Shown in pieces: positions 13,331 through 27,439 of a stretch of DNA of 64,000 nt. Each line of letters opens with the position of its first letter. Positions within the stretch are counted from its first letter, which is position 1. The position numbers and the translations under genes are program-made. Source of the DNA: Sarea resinae. Lineage: Eukaryota. Location of the stretch: contig JAPEUD010000077.1 in assembly GCA_026026165.1 (NCBI GenBank), positions 1-64,000 of the forward strand, in the 5' to 3' direction. Under the pieces are notes generated by a model. It saw only the letters and a list, made by a program, of their open reading frames with translations. It ran no database searches and was not told the origin of the DNA.

Positions 13331-16300
13331 GGATGGGATGAAGGCATGGCACCTCCAGGGCTGGGTATCCATGGATGAACTGGTCACTCCGTACTCGCAG
13401 TCGCTCCTCCATAAGGCGGATTCGGCACCGGAATAGGGATGGCCAAAGAAGAGACCCTCACGACGCCATGTATCCACCGCATGGCTGGATATCTTGCAGT
13501 GGGCCGAGGTAATACACAACAGAAATAGTGAGACATAGACTGAAGGCCGGAGGGGCTACGGAGTACCTGGTGGGTATGATTCAAGATGTGATCGAGAACG
13601 GCGTCAAGCAGTCGGGATATCGATTATACTTCGTCGTAGGGGCAGATTGGGGTTGCGACGGGAAATACGTAGTAGCTACACTTTCCTCGTTGGGTAGTCT
13701 GTTGCCCATCGCCGTACCGATATGTCGCTATAACCTCGCCCCCCCTTGGGGGATGCTATTACTACGTAGTAGTCTCCCTTTTCAGCACTACTGCGGTGCG
13801 GCTGTTCAGCTTATTACTTCTACCGCGGCTTCTACCACTACCGCTACCGCCGTTACTACCTACATAGTACTCCTGCCGTTACTGACCGTCCACTGGGCAT
13901 CCCGAGCACGCAGAATTACAAAGGGCGAGGGAAGAGAAGAGAAAAGAAGAAAAAAGAAAAAGATAGGGACACTTGGATCGTACAGGACCAGCCGTGATGC
14001 TTACACGAGTACTCTGACATCCAACACCCCTCTAGTGCTTTGTACCTACATGTACGAGCACCTTGCGGCATGAGATATGGGTGAGGAAAGATTACGGGTG
14101 CACCGAGAGACAATGTGCCACTAATCACGAGTGCAGACGTCAAGAGATGGCCATGCAAGACCGAAACTCTCTTCGGGAGACATGCCGCCAGGGAGCGGCG
14201 CGCCAATGAACTAGGTCAACCTCTACGCAACCGCCTTACTGCAGCCCCGACCAGGGACGGCGTCCTCCCAGACCAGCATGTTTCTCGACGCCCGGGGTTC
14301 TCTCCAGTTCATCGAGAAATCACCCCTATCTGCAGAGAGAGAATGTCAGTTGGCTACCTGGATCAGAAGCGTACGCAGACAGACACAGATCCCTCTGCCG
14401 CATGCAGGTCCAAACCCTTCAGTGGGATATAGAAAGATGAAACAAAGAGAAACAAAGCATGTACTGCAGACGTGAAGAACGGTAAGATATCCGGCAAGAG
14501 GTATTGAGGACTATGTTATGGATCGTCGGTAACTTGGTAAGGTGGTACCTCTGGCTGGTCTTGGCTCAAGCGGCCGGGCACAGCTTACCCCCTCCCTCCT
14601 GCTCACTGAGTAGCTATCTGCTGAGTGCATCGCCAGGTTAGTGACGAGTACAGAGTACGAATGAGTGAGTGTGCTCGACTATGAAGTACGACCGCTGCTC
14701 CGGATACATTGTTCTAGGCGCATTGCCCTAATAGCGGGCAAGGCAAGGCAAGACAAGGTACCAGGTAGGTAGAGTAGAGAGTAGTACTGAGTAAGGTTAG
14801 GTGTCCTTAGGGTGCCCGGAGGTTTTGGTGCTGGTTCTGGTGTTGGCGCTGGTGCTGATGCTAGGAGCATGCCTAGTAGGGAGCGAGTGAGTGACTGGAC
14901 TCCTCCAAGGATCCCCAACTTCAGTGCTACTATGTAGTCACCGAGTGACTTCTGCTTACCTCAGTTTCGGGAACAAAGGCCTAAAGTCCGGTCCCCCACC
15001 CACGAGCCGTGCTAGTACACATAGTGCTGGGTGCATCTGCAGTCTGAAACGACCCGTCACATTTGGTCAGTCCAGGGCTACGACGACCTCACCACGACCC
15101 CTCAAAACGTGTACTCGAGTACTCTACTCCGGAGTAGGGTCAGCGCAGGGCATGTCCACTAAGATCCCATGGCTGCTTCAACGTTCACCACTCAGGCAAT
15201 CGTAGCCATTCGCTCAATCCTTCCGCCCCTCGAATCTGCGCCAATCGTAGTGGATATCATCACGCTTTACCGTCTCTGGAAGTACCCAGAGTACCCTAGG
15301 GTAGGTACCTTGAAGCAATACTCCTTAGACTACTCGTACTCTAGGTATGCATCAGGCTCGCAGGGATCTCGCAAGACATGGATGAGCACTCGAGTACGAC
15401 AAGGAACAGCTCAACGGCCGCGGGAGCATCGCAGGCCTTGATGCGCCCCAAGCATGCGTTCGACAGCGGAGTCCCGAATGTACGGCGTGGTTACAGCGGG
15501 AACTCCCTTGGGTCCTTGGTAGGCCCTGCTCATGATAAGGTACTCGCCAAGCTACGGCGCTCACGCACATACATCCAGCACACCATGCTGGAGGGGCGAC
15601 CCTGCTGCAGACGGCGAGGGGACGTGGCGAAAACATCCAATCGTTCAGCGCCTTCCGTCCTCTGCCTCCTTTTTGCTTCGTTTTCTGTTGATGACTGGGT
15701 GGAGGGCACATAAACTTGCACGGAAGGATAGACGTGGTGGCGGCAGAGACAACCTAAGTGAGCGACTACCGCGGACTTTTGACGAGGGATCATAGCCGGG
15801 TGGGCGGCACGAAGATCAGCCTTAAGAGGCGTCAGTTGTCGCCTTGCTTGCTCGCTTGGACCCAAGCCATGCCTAAATCTGGCAGTCGGTGAGAGTCTAC
15901 GGGTATACTTGGTGCCTAGGCGTCCCAGCCCCAAGCCAAGGGACGCATCTCGAGAGTATATTTGGTAAGGAGGTTGGTAAATTCCCTTCATCAGTAATCA
16001 TATCAGCCGGCTCGATCGTGTGTCTGGGATCCCATCGAATGCTCGAGTTACTAATAGCCTTCAAGATTTGCCGCCTTGGACACTTCAGTCGATCACCGTA
16101 TGACAGACAGCCTACCCCTTCCTGATGGATGCCGCAGTGATTATCCGGGCGACTTATCCTCGGTCACACTGCATGTCCATGCTCTCTCGCTCAGAGGTTT
16201 CCGGGAACTCAAACGACAGTGTTTGCCTCTTTACTGATTTCTCTCGGCTCCCACCAAAGCCGAAATCCGATATTAATACCTCGTCTATCTTGTAGGAATC

Positions 16301-17103
16301 GCTCTACTCCTCCGTTCGCTGCAGAGGAATCGCCTTGGAACGGGCATGGAAGGATCAGGTTGAAGGTTAGACCTAGAAAGGATTGTAAAAGCCAAACCCT
16401 GAGCCTTTCGTCGTGGTGTCCATACTCCGTACAGCCTAATCGACACGGCTAAGGTCAACCTGCAGCAGGTAGAACATGGCCAACCACCCGAGGTACCGGA
16501 AAAGGCAATAAATCTTTGGCAATACTCTAAGGTACCTACTTGAATGGAAGGCAGTGTGCCCAAGATCTGCAAAGTGAGATAATCAAAAGTTGTATTGAAC
16601 TGCAGGTCAGTAGTCTCCGGCGGGGTACTCTGCGAAACTGATGGCAAATCGACATATCACTGTGCGAACCCGGGAGTCCTTTTGCCTCCTTTGCGTAACA
16701 TCGTAGCCCGATGAGAATACCCAGTCTCAGCTGATGGCCATGCTCGAGGCATGTAGTCTAAGCGCGAATGACGAGCGTCCAAGGAGCGCTTCCCGCCAGG
16801 GGTAATCGCTGTTACTAAGAGCGCATCTACGAAGTACAAAGGGCGCAGCTGTCGGCCGCATGTGAGAAAGTGAAGTGAAATCGACGATCCTTCTAGACGC
16901 CAATAATCTATCTAGCGTATAGAAGGCCTCTGGATGATGGCAGTCCTTGTAAGGCTGTTCGGCTTACGCAGTAAGGTACATAGTAGAGCTGGTGAGCCAT
17001 CCATGATGCCAGCGTCTCGCTCGTGGAAGAATCCATGGGTTTCAAGTCATGTACTGCGTACTCCGGAGTACTGAAGTATTATGCTGGGTGCGGAAATGGA
17101 AGT

Positions 17104-17150
17104 GGAAGTCGGAGTGGAAGTCGGAGTGGAAGTCAGAGTCGAAGTCGAAA
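17104..17150. repeat. Short tandem repeat of GGAAGTCGGAGT, 3-4 degenerate copies
   Basis: Read directly, about 560 bp upstream of YVH1. Confidence 0.8.
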
Positions 17151-17710
17151 CCCGAATGGAACTGGTGCGCCAGGGCAACTGCGGTGGGTATTGGAGGAGA
17201 GGAGCCGGGTAAGGAGGTGGTGGGCCGTGTCGAGAAATGCTTTGCCTCGACAAGGAACTCCGTACGTGTACTTCCAGGATACCTACAATTATCTCCGGAA
17301 CTTGTGTCTCGCACCTGGATCTGTAGTGGCCAAGTCCCTAATCTGGGACGGCATGCAGTACTCTGCAGTACAAGTACTTTGCACCGGGTCATATCGTACC
17401 CTAAACTTCCACATTGCCATGGGGCAAGATACGAAGAGGTACTTCAGTACTACCTTATGGGGACTCAAGGTAGTAGTGGCTCGTGCTGTAGTTCAGCTAA
17501 TCGATTTCCTCGGCCCTACCGGTGGAAATCCTTTCTCGGTCCTCCTCGTCTACCTTACTCTTGGCCTCGGGCCAGGGCCTTTCCGAGTCCAGACCCTGCT
17601 CAATCCAGCGAGACACAAAGGCTGAACACCACCGGTGATGTGTAATTTTGGTAATTTGGTAATTTCGACGGCTGAATATCGAATACATCCCCCGGGCCCT
17701 TGGAGCGACA

Positions 17711-19144
17711 ATGGCTCTACTGGACAAGATACCTGGTAAAGAGAAATTGTACATTGGCGGGTACGTATGTCTTGAATATTCTTCGATCTTATTGCGATGC
17801 TGCCATTCTACCTGGCCGTGTCTTGGATGGAATATACCCTGACGTGGCTCACCAGAGAGGCTGACTATGTGTACAGCATTTTTTCCCTGCGCAGGAGAGA
17901 GGCGCTCAAAGAAGCGAACATTACCCATGTGCTTTCCGTTCTGGGCAAACCCTTTGACGAGAATCTCTTCAGCGCCTACCAGCACTTGACCGTCGAGGTT
18001 GACGACGTTGAAGATGAAAATCTCCTTGAACATTTCCCTGAAACCAACTCTTTCATTCAAAGTGGCTTGAATGGCGGAGGAGGCGTTCTAGTTCATTGGT
18101 AATTATGCAATCCTCCAATATGTTTCAGTTCCGTCGTGGGACCGGATGCACTTTTGCCTGATTTCCCTTTGTATGCAAATCCTGGAAAATCTCTTTTGCT
18201 GGTTCGTTACTGCTTTGCCCCTCTATGTGTTGAGAGCCCTTGATCGGAAAAGGTTCTCCTTTTGGTAAAGCATGTGACCGCACTGCGTCTTCCTTGCTAC
18301 CGTTCTTGCTCCTGTCTGTCCTCTCTGAGTTGCCGTATGTTTATGCCAACATGTCGGACATATAGTGCCATGGGCAAATCCCGTTCGACCACTTGCATCA
18401 TGGCTTATCTGATGCACCAGTACCACATTACCGTGGAAGAGGCGTTGTCTCAAGTCAGACAAGCTCGGCCAATGTGCGAGCCCAACTCTGGCTTTATGAA
18501 GCAACTAGAGCTCTACCATCAGATGCAATACCCAGATAATCTTGACGAAGATCCTGTCTACCAGCGGTGGCTGTATCAACGAGAGGTGGATCTGAGTTTA
18601 GCATGTGGAAGGGCGCCGGAGAAAATCAGGTTCGAGGATGAGCAAGAGCATTCGGAACGTGATGCGGCAGCAGAATTCGATTTAAGATGTCGCAAATGCC
18701 GGTACGGACATCTTCTGAACTTGGTTGAGTTCTTCAATTCTAATTGTTGGCAGCAAAATACTCGCAACGTCCCAGTACGTTATTCCTCATGCACCCAAGT
18801 CAGAGGATACTAGCAATTCTCGGAGCCCCATATCAGAAATTGTTTCGTCACCTTCCCATTGCTCTCACTTCTTCCTAGAACCTCTCTCTTGGATGCGGAG
18901 AGAACTTGACCAAGGGAAGCTAGATGGTAGGTTGGAATGCTCGAAATGCAACACCAACGTCGGAAAGTATGCCTGGCAAGGTATGCCCTGCAGCTGCGGA
19001 GAGTGGATAGTTCCTGGCATCAGCCTTCAGCGAGCAAGGATTGACGAAGTGAAGACGAGAACCGCGCAGGGAGCAGACAGAATTGGGATTAGGAGTCCGC
19101 CCCCCGTAGGTAGCGGCAGAGGTTTTCGAGAAGAGAATTTGTGA
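17711..19144 (+). CDS. YVH1: Dual-specificity phosphatase Yvh1 (DUSP12 family); exons 17711-17760, 17877-18098, 18366-18701, 18754-19144
   Basis: LYIGG N-terminus, catalytic VLVHCAMGKSRS assembled across intron 2, and a C-terminal zinc-binding domain (LRCRKCR, CSHFFLEPLSWM, CSKC..GKYAWQGMPCSCG). Confidence 0.95.
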
Positions 19145-19995
19145 AATCCGACCTGGAAACTCACACCCAAATTTATCAGGACTACTTACTCAAGCACTCG
19201 GCCCCGTTGCGTGGCTATGCGCCTTGACTGGTGTCGAGGAGCAGGACTGCAATTTAACCTAGAAGATTAGAATGACCTCCATCGCGCTGGGAGTGTAGAG
19301 TCTCTATCCGGCAGAAGGATCTTCAAAGACAAAATGGATACCTGATCGACGAAAGGGCCCTCATGGATTTGAAGCGGCTCTCTGAGCATTTGCGAGCTAC
19401 GAAGAAAAGAGGTCCCCATCTTCAACATAGAGCTCCTATCCCAAGTTTGGGAAGGCAAGAACACCTATGCTCAGACGTCTCCGGTGCAGATGGGCAAGCT
19501 AGCCTTTACGAGTGATGCAAATCAGAACGTTATAGCTGCAGCAGAATAGGCAGTCTTAGGTAGAATTCGTCAACTGAGTTACGAGATGATCCCGCAACAT
19601 ACTATAGATGATGAGCCATGACAACACCTGAGATTCGCCGAACAAGTGCCTAGAAGTGAACGTACCAATACTACTTCGGTGCGTAGACAGCTATGGATTA
19701 CAGCGTCGTGCAGTGTCATGCCGCATTGATGCGGAGTAATTTGGTTTGGATTACCGAGACGCTGGCTAAGATTAGCGATTAGTCGCCCATCACTCCGTCT
19801 AGGTATTATTCACTGATTAGGTACAGTCGACCGTACCTCCTACTACGACCTGGAACTCTCAATGACGAAAGAGCTGTGTTGACCCTCTCGACCCTCCGAC
19901 ACCTCGAATTTTGCTTCCGATCACAGCCCATCGCCACCGAGCGTTGCGACATACATCTCTCACAGTATTGGAAAGGCTCCTGCTCCATCGTCACC

Positions 19996-22900
19996 ATGTC
20001 CGATTCGTTATCAGATGCAGATAAGGTAGGAAGCGTGCTCCCGCCGGCGATGGCACTTGTAAAGACGCTGATGATTGAACAACAGATTCGCAACAAGCGG
20101 CTGGCAAAGCTGGGCAGTCAGGCTCAGTCGCAGTCCGAGACTGAACGGGCCCCAGATGGTAATGCGTCCGCAGCTCTAGCGACAGACTCTGGAATCACTT
20201 CTGGTGTGGAGGTGAGCCCGGACGATGCTCAGCAATCCAAAGCCAAGATCAATGTCTCGAAATCCGACCCCTCATCTTCTTCAAACACAGACCCTGTCTC
20301 ACCATCACGCATAAAACCCGCTGGTGGAGGGCATCCCTCTATCAACATATCACAGGCACGGCCGACCCCAGCAGCATCAAGGAAGCGTGAGGAGCTGTCA
20401 GCCGTTGGAAATCCAAGAACAAAATCTCCACGCCCGTCACGAGAGTCCATAGAAGACTGGGAGAGTAGGCTCCTGGGCAACATCTTCAGGTTGACACTTG
20501 ATCCGAATGCGCTACAGGACAGCTTCGGACATGACCTACATTATGTCCCAGATGTGAAGAACGACCTTGAGGAGCAAGGAGGAAGTATCAAGCTGAATAC
20601 ATCGATTTTGGATCAGGCATTACTAGAAGCTGCTTCGAACCTGAAAGGCACCTCGCCGCTCGATTATCTCCTAGGATGCTGGAAGCGGGTATCGAGACAA
20701 TTCCGAGGCATGAAGAATGAGGGCGGGAACGACCCGAAGTACAACATTGTAAAGGAGGCAAGGAGGCTGTGCATGAGCTACTGCATCTTTGCAATCACGA
20801 TGCCTGACATGTTTGGGTTAGTGCCTCCCTTGTCGTTGGTCAGAGCGATCCCAATGATCATCGAGAAGGCTGACAACATGAGCAGGCAACTAGCAACTAC
20901 GTCAAGTCCGTTGTTGAAGCACTTTCTCGTTGATCCGGAAGATGATCGAGGTGTTTGTCATGATTTTCTTGCAGAAGCTGTCGCAAGGTTTGACGAAGAT
21001 GAATCTATAAAAGACGCCCTCGTCGGAGCAGTAGAAGAGCTTAGTCGTCAATTGTCCAGGATGAACATGAATGATGACTATAAACCATACGTCCTTGTGA
21101 GTACTTTCTGAGCTTCATTGAATGGACTACATGATAACATTGATAGGCATTACGGAACGTTGTCAGATATGGCCCAATCGTAAATGCACTTACCCAGTCT
21201 GCTTTCTTCTTACCGCCTGATATACCGGCCCAGGAGATAGAGCGTAGGACCCTGCTTGGGCCGTTCTTCCAGATTTCTCCTCTCCAAGGGGAAGTAACTA
21301 CCAGTTACTTTTCCAGCCCAGAAACTCGAGACAAAGGCTATATTGTCAATTCGCAACGAGCCCTTCGGATGAGTCTTCAAACTCACCAGAACGATCTATT
21401 AGACATTGTCAATCACGTCATACGTGCTTCTAAGGAGTCGAGGGAGAGAGTCCTGGATTGGTTTGCATTGACAGTAAATGAAAACCACAAGCGGACAGCT
21501 ACGCAAGTGGACCAAAATGTCGTCTCATCTGATGGTTTCATGATTAATGTTACTGTCTGCCTGGATCAGCTATGCGAACCATTCATGGATGCTACGTTTT
21601 CCAAAGTTTGTTGCCATATCCAGCCTATCTCAGGGAAATGCTAACAGAAACAGATTGACCGAATCGATGTTGATTATTTGAGAAGACGACCTCGGGTCAA
21701 TATTCGAGACGAGACGAAGCTCAATGCAGATCAGAATACTTCTGATGAATTCTATGACCAGCCCGCCGAAGGCACGTCAAACTTCATCTCTGAAGTCTTC
21801 TTCCTGACACTGGCTGCTCATCACTACGGCGTTGAAGCAACAAATACAAAGCTCGGCCAGATGGAGAAGGACCTTAAATATATGGCGAAGCAGATTGAGA
21901 AGCTCGAGCTCGACCGTCACCAATTCGTTAGCGTGAGATATCTCCTTTCCGATACGTACTAGACCTTTGGGTATTTCTAACTTTCGCAGAACCCGGCACA
22001 ACTAAGGATGTTTGAAAACGCTCTGAAAAAGTACAAAGATCAAGTTTCGAAAGGCATGTCGTACAAGTTGGCAGCACAGGGGGTCTTACTCGATGATCTC
22101 TCGCAAGCTCGAGTAATGCAATTCATGCGATATGCTATCGTCTGGCTGTTGCGTTTGGTCTCGCCAAGTCACAGCTATCCCAAAGAGCCTCTGAAGTAAA
22201 TATCCTCGTCTTTTCATCTTTGGTTGCGTGTTGTCCTGACAAAACTATCGTAGACTACCTTTGCCCGAAGAACAGCCGGAAGTTTTCAAATGTCTACCAG
22301 AGTACTTTCTAGAGGTGGTCGTCGGAGCTTTCAAGTTCATAATGAGGTGAATAATTCCGCTTCATCTACTGACCATTCTCCGCTGATGCTGGTGCAGGAA
22401 CATGCCACAGGTTCTCACATCCACTCAGAGCGACGAGCTGGTGGTGCTTTGCATCACCTTTCTACGTAGCTCTGAGTACATCAAGAATCCTTATCTTAAA
22501 TCCGGACTCGTGACCATTATGTTCAATGGCATCTGGCCCACGTGGAATCGAACCAAGGGGGTCCTAGGAGATCTACTCAATTCACTTCCCTTTGCCACAG
22601 AGCACCTCCTGCACGCGTTGATGAAATTTCACATTGGTATGCGAGCACGACCTTAGTCTCCGTGCGATGCTAATCGTCTACAGAGGCCGAGAGGACCCAG
22701 TTCTACCAGAAGTTCAATATTCGGTACGAGATTTTTCAAATCATCAAGTGTATATGGTCAAACCCGATATACCGAGAGCATCTCTCACAGGAAGCCGAGT
22801 AAGTCAGACGCTCGATCACAATGTTATTTTCTAACCGTTTGCAGGGTGAATCTCGACTTTTTTGTCCACTTTGTCAATCTGCTCCTGAATGATGTTACTT

Positions 22901-23844
22901 TTGTCCTGGACGAGTCTCTCAATGGATTCGCCAAGATCCATACACTTCAGAAGGAGCTGGAAAATCCAGCATCTGATCTCGATGCCACTGCTAGGACGGA
23001 GAAGGAAGAAGCTTTGACTCAAGCCCAAGGCCAGGCCAAGTCGTACATGCAGCTCACCAATGAGACTGTTGCGATGTTGAAGCTGTTCACAGAAGCGCTA
23101 GCCGATTCTTTTACGATGCCCGAAATAGTCCAGCGCCTCGCCGACATGCTCGACTACAATCTGGATGCACTGGTGGGGCCAAAGAGCGGCAATCTCAAGG
23201 TCCAAAATCCTGAGCAGTATTCATTCAATCCGAAGGTGCTCCTCAGTGAAATTGTGGACGTCTATCTCAATTTGGGTCATAAGGAAGACTTCCAGCTAGC
23301 TGTGGCAAGAGACGGACGATCGTACAAGCCGGCCAACTTCGAAAAGGCTACGGTTATCCTTCGTAAATGGGGATTGAAATCTGCAGAAGAGCTGGCGTCA
23401 TGGGCAGCTCTAGGCGAGAAGTTCAAGGAGAAGAAGGAGCTCGACGACCAGGCCGAGGAGGATCTGGGTGAAGTGCCTGATGAGTTCCTAGGTACGTTCA
23501 AAACATGCTCGTTCCACACCAAGGCTAACATGGATAGATCCCTTGATGTTCACTCTCATGGAAGACCCCGTTATCCTGCCGACTTCGAAGATTTCAATTG
23601 ACCGGTCAACTATCCGATCACATCTCCTCAGCGACCCTAACGATCCGTTCAACCGTGCGCCTCTGACAATCGGAGATGTAGTCCCAGGTATGTAGTGGCC
23701 CCTCGATGTCTGGCTTGGATAGGACTCATGTGGACTTTAGATACGGACCTCAAGGCGAAGATTCAGGCTTTCAAGGCGGAGAAGAAGGGCAAAAAGCCTG
23801 CCGTGGGCGTTGCGACCGACCAGATGGATACGACAGCTGGATGA
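19996..23844 (+). CDS. UFD2: Ubiquitin conjugation factor E4 (U-box protein Ufd2), about 12 exons
   Basis: [19 protein letters not shown] start; Ufd2 core motifs ([47 protein letters not shown]); U-box [26 protein letters not shown]. Eleven GT-AG introns traced; stop TGA at 23842-23844. Confidence 0.95.
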
Positions 23845-24878
23845 GTAAAGCTGCTCGTTCACGAGATGAATCATGGGCTGGAGTATTGTTTCGAGGGGCA
23901 GTCACCTTCATATCAGGGAATGAGGGATATCTGCACATAACAGAAGGGCACGCGAGCATGCGATGATTGTGATGATGGCGTTGAATGAATCTAGACGGAT
24001 AGTCGATCCGACTTGTTTAACGCAAGCCTCGTAGTGATCAGTGACTAGAAAAGTCAAGTCCGAGTGCACTGAAGACTTGTTCCCATGAATCTATTCCCAC
24101 GAATCTGTATACGATGCCTTCTTACAATAATATGTCACGTACTATTATGGTCAGAGGGGCGTGAAGATCGATAATCCAAGGACGAAATGCGTCATATGAA
24201 TAAGGTTTAGCGGCTGATCGCCCTTCGGTCACTGTCGCCTCTTTCAGGACTAGCCTCTTTTCTCTCCGTACTCGACAGTATCACCACCAGTATCACCACC
24301 ACAATTTCACCCTTCATGATTCTGTTCTTGGCCAAAACCCGTCCCGCTTGAAATACCTTGCCGACCTCACTCAAGCAGCTCAAGACGGTACACTTGTTCA
24401 GATCACACCCCACCCCTTCAGGACGCATATTCCAGTCGATCAATCAGCGCGCAACGACATCTACTACACCTATTGCGCGCACTTGGCCTGCAGCACTGCC
24501 AAACCCAGCTTATATTCTGTGTCTGCTCCACCCACTCTCTCACCATGGACCTTCGCTCTTCTCCCCCGAAACCCTGTCCAGGGTACAGCAATCTTTGATT
24601 GTTGACCGGGCGAAAAGGTGTGTGCGCGCGCATCATCTTCCTACATCCTCTCTAGAGATCCTATCTGGAGGGCGACAGAGATTCCTACACCATGCCAATA
24701 TGACAGGCTTTATGAACGAGTAGCTGACCAAGGTCTCTATGCGAAGCTACAGAACCGTTCATCCCACATCTCGCATCTTTGAATCTTCTCTCAGCTTGAT
24801 CTCAGCCCGACCAGACTCCAAGTCTGCGTTTCAAATTTGTTTTCCAAGACCTCTTCATCTTACGAATCGTCCCTCAAG

Positions 24879-26025
<1,147 letters not shown>

Positions 26026-26129
26026 TGTGCTGCGATGTGCTGCGATGTGCTGTACTCTGCTGTGCTGTGGAGCAACAAACGGATCACGGATTCAAAAAGG
26101 CGTTTTTTCTTTCTTTTTCAAATAGGTCT

Positions 26130-27200
26130 GCATGGGCTATCTATGGGTATGGGTACGGCTATAGGTACAGGATACGGGCGCGATATATAGATTAGAGGAT
26201 CCGATCCGATCCGATCGGACAGGACAAGACAGGATAGGATAGGATAGGATGGTTTTGACACCCGTCACACGGCAGTCGAGGGAGGATATTAATGATATTC
26301 TTTCTACTGCTACTGCTAATGGTGCCTCTGCTGCTGCTGCTGTTACTGGACGTGAGGCGATGCTTTTGTTTTTCTTGGTGAGACGAGTAGGGCGGGAAAA
26401 GGAACAGGAATTGAATTTGAAAGAGAATTTGAAACCCAAACAGAAACAAAGACTAGAAACCAGGAACCTAGGAACCAGAGTAACAGCAGTAGAAAGAGAG
26501 AAAAGACACATATACAGATATAGACACAGACATAGACACAGATTTAGACACAGACACAGAAGTATCGATATAGAGACCCTGATTACATCTTATAGACCTT
26601 ATAGATCTTATCTATCTTACTACTCTTATTACTCTTGTAGATTCTTATATGGAAAGATAGTTCGACTCCTAGCCATAAGTGCTAGATTGTGAAATGCTAA
26701 GCCTGTAAGCTAACCGAAGAGGAGAGAGAGAGAGAGAGAGAGGGGAATAATAGACGAGAGAGTAAGAGAGAGTAAAAGAGAGTAAAAGAGAGAGAGAGAG
26801 AAGCTCATGCTGAGTCCCCCCCCCCCCCCCTGCCTGCAACTCCACTCGACTCCTCGACTCCAGACTCAACTCTACACTCAACTCTACACTCAACTCTACT
26901 ATAAACAAGACTACTAACACTATAGGATCTTAGATAATCGATACTAATCCAAAAGCTCGAATATAGATGCCGATAAACAAGTGCCTAGGTAGATAGAAAC
27001 ACCGATAGAGATTTTTATCTCTAGATGGAGAAGACAAACCGTTACAGAAGATAAACACGGATACGAAAAGCTTCTGATTTAGTCTTATAAATAGATAGAT
27101 AGAATAGTCTATGCAGAATGTGAGAACGCTACGCTAAGCTGAAGAATAGGGGGCCCGATGGCTTGGAAGAAGAGGATTAGGAGAAGAAAGAAAGGAAGAA
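26130..27200. repeat. AT/TpA-rich compound microsatellite island (RIP-like)
   Basis: (GATCC)n, (GGATA)n, degenerate (GACACA)n 26505-26560, (AG)n, a poly-C run 26816-26830 and (CAACTCTACACT)n. Confidence 0.75.
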
Positions 27201-27439
27201 GAGAAAGGAGATATAGACGCTCATGCTAAAACCCCCTTACCGCGGCTCCGCCCCGCTCGACTCCACACGGATCCTATCGAAAGTCGGACAGAGACACAAG
27301 AAGATAAAACACAGAACACAACAAGGTGCCGCCCCCTCCCCGTTTCACGCGTCCCTGCGTCCTTGCCAAACAAAATGGACTGTTGGCGACAAGGGAAAAG
27401 TAAAAGGACTTCAAAAACTCCGCGTGGCCTCTCGACGGC

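Noticed and set aside
18225..18260. TGAGA..CCCTTGATC resembling a fungal intronic TPP riboswitch
   Set aside because: The P4/P5 elements (GAAC, TAATACC..GCG) are missing and the host gene is unrelated to thiamine.
23969..24075. GTGATGA...CTGA pair suggesting a C/D snoRNA after UFD2
   Set aside because: No terminal stem and no recognisable rRNA-complementary guide; it lies in the probable 3'UTR.
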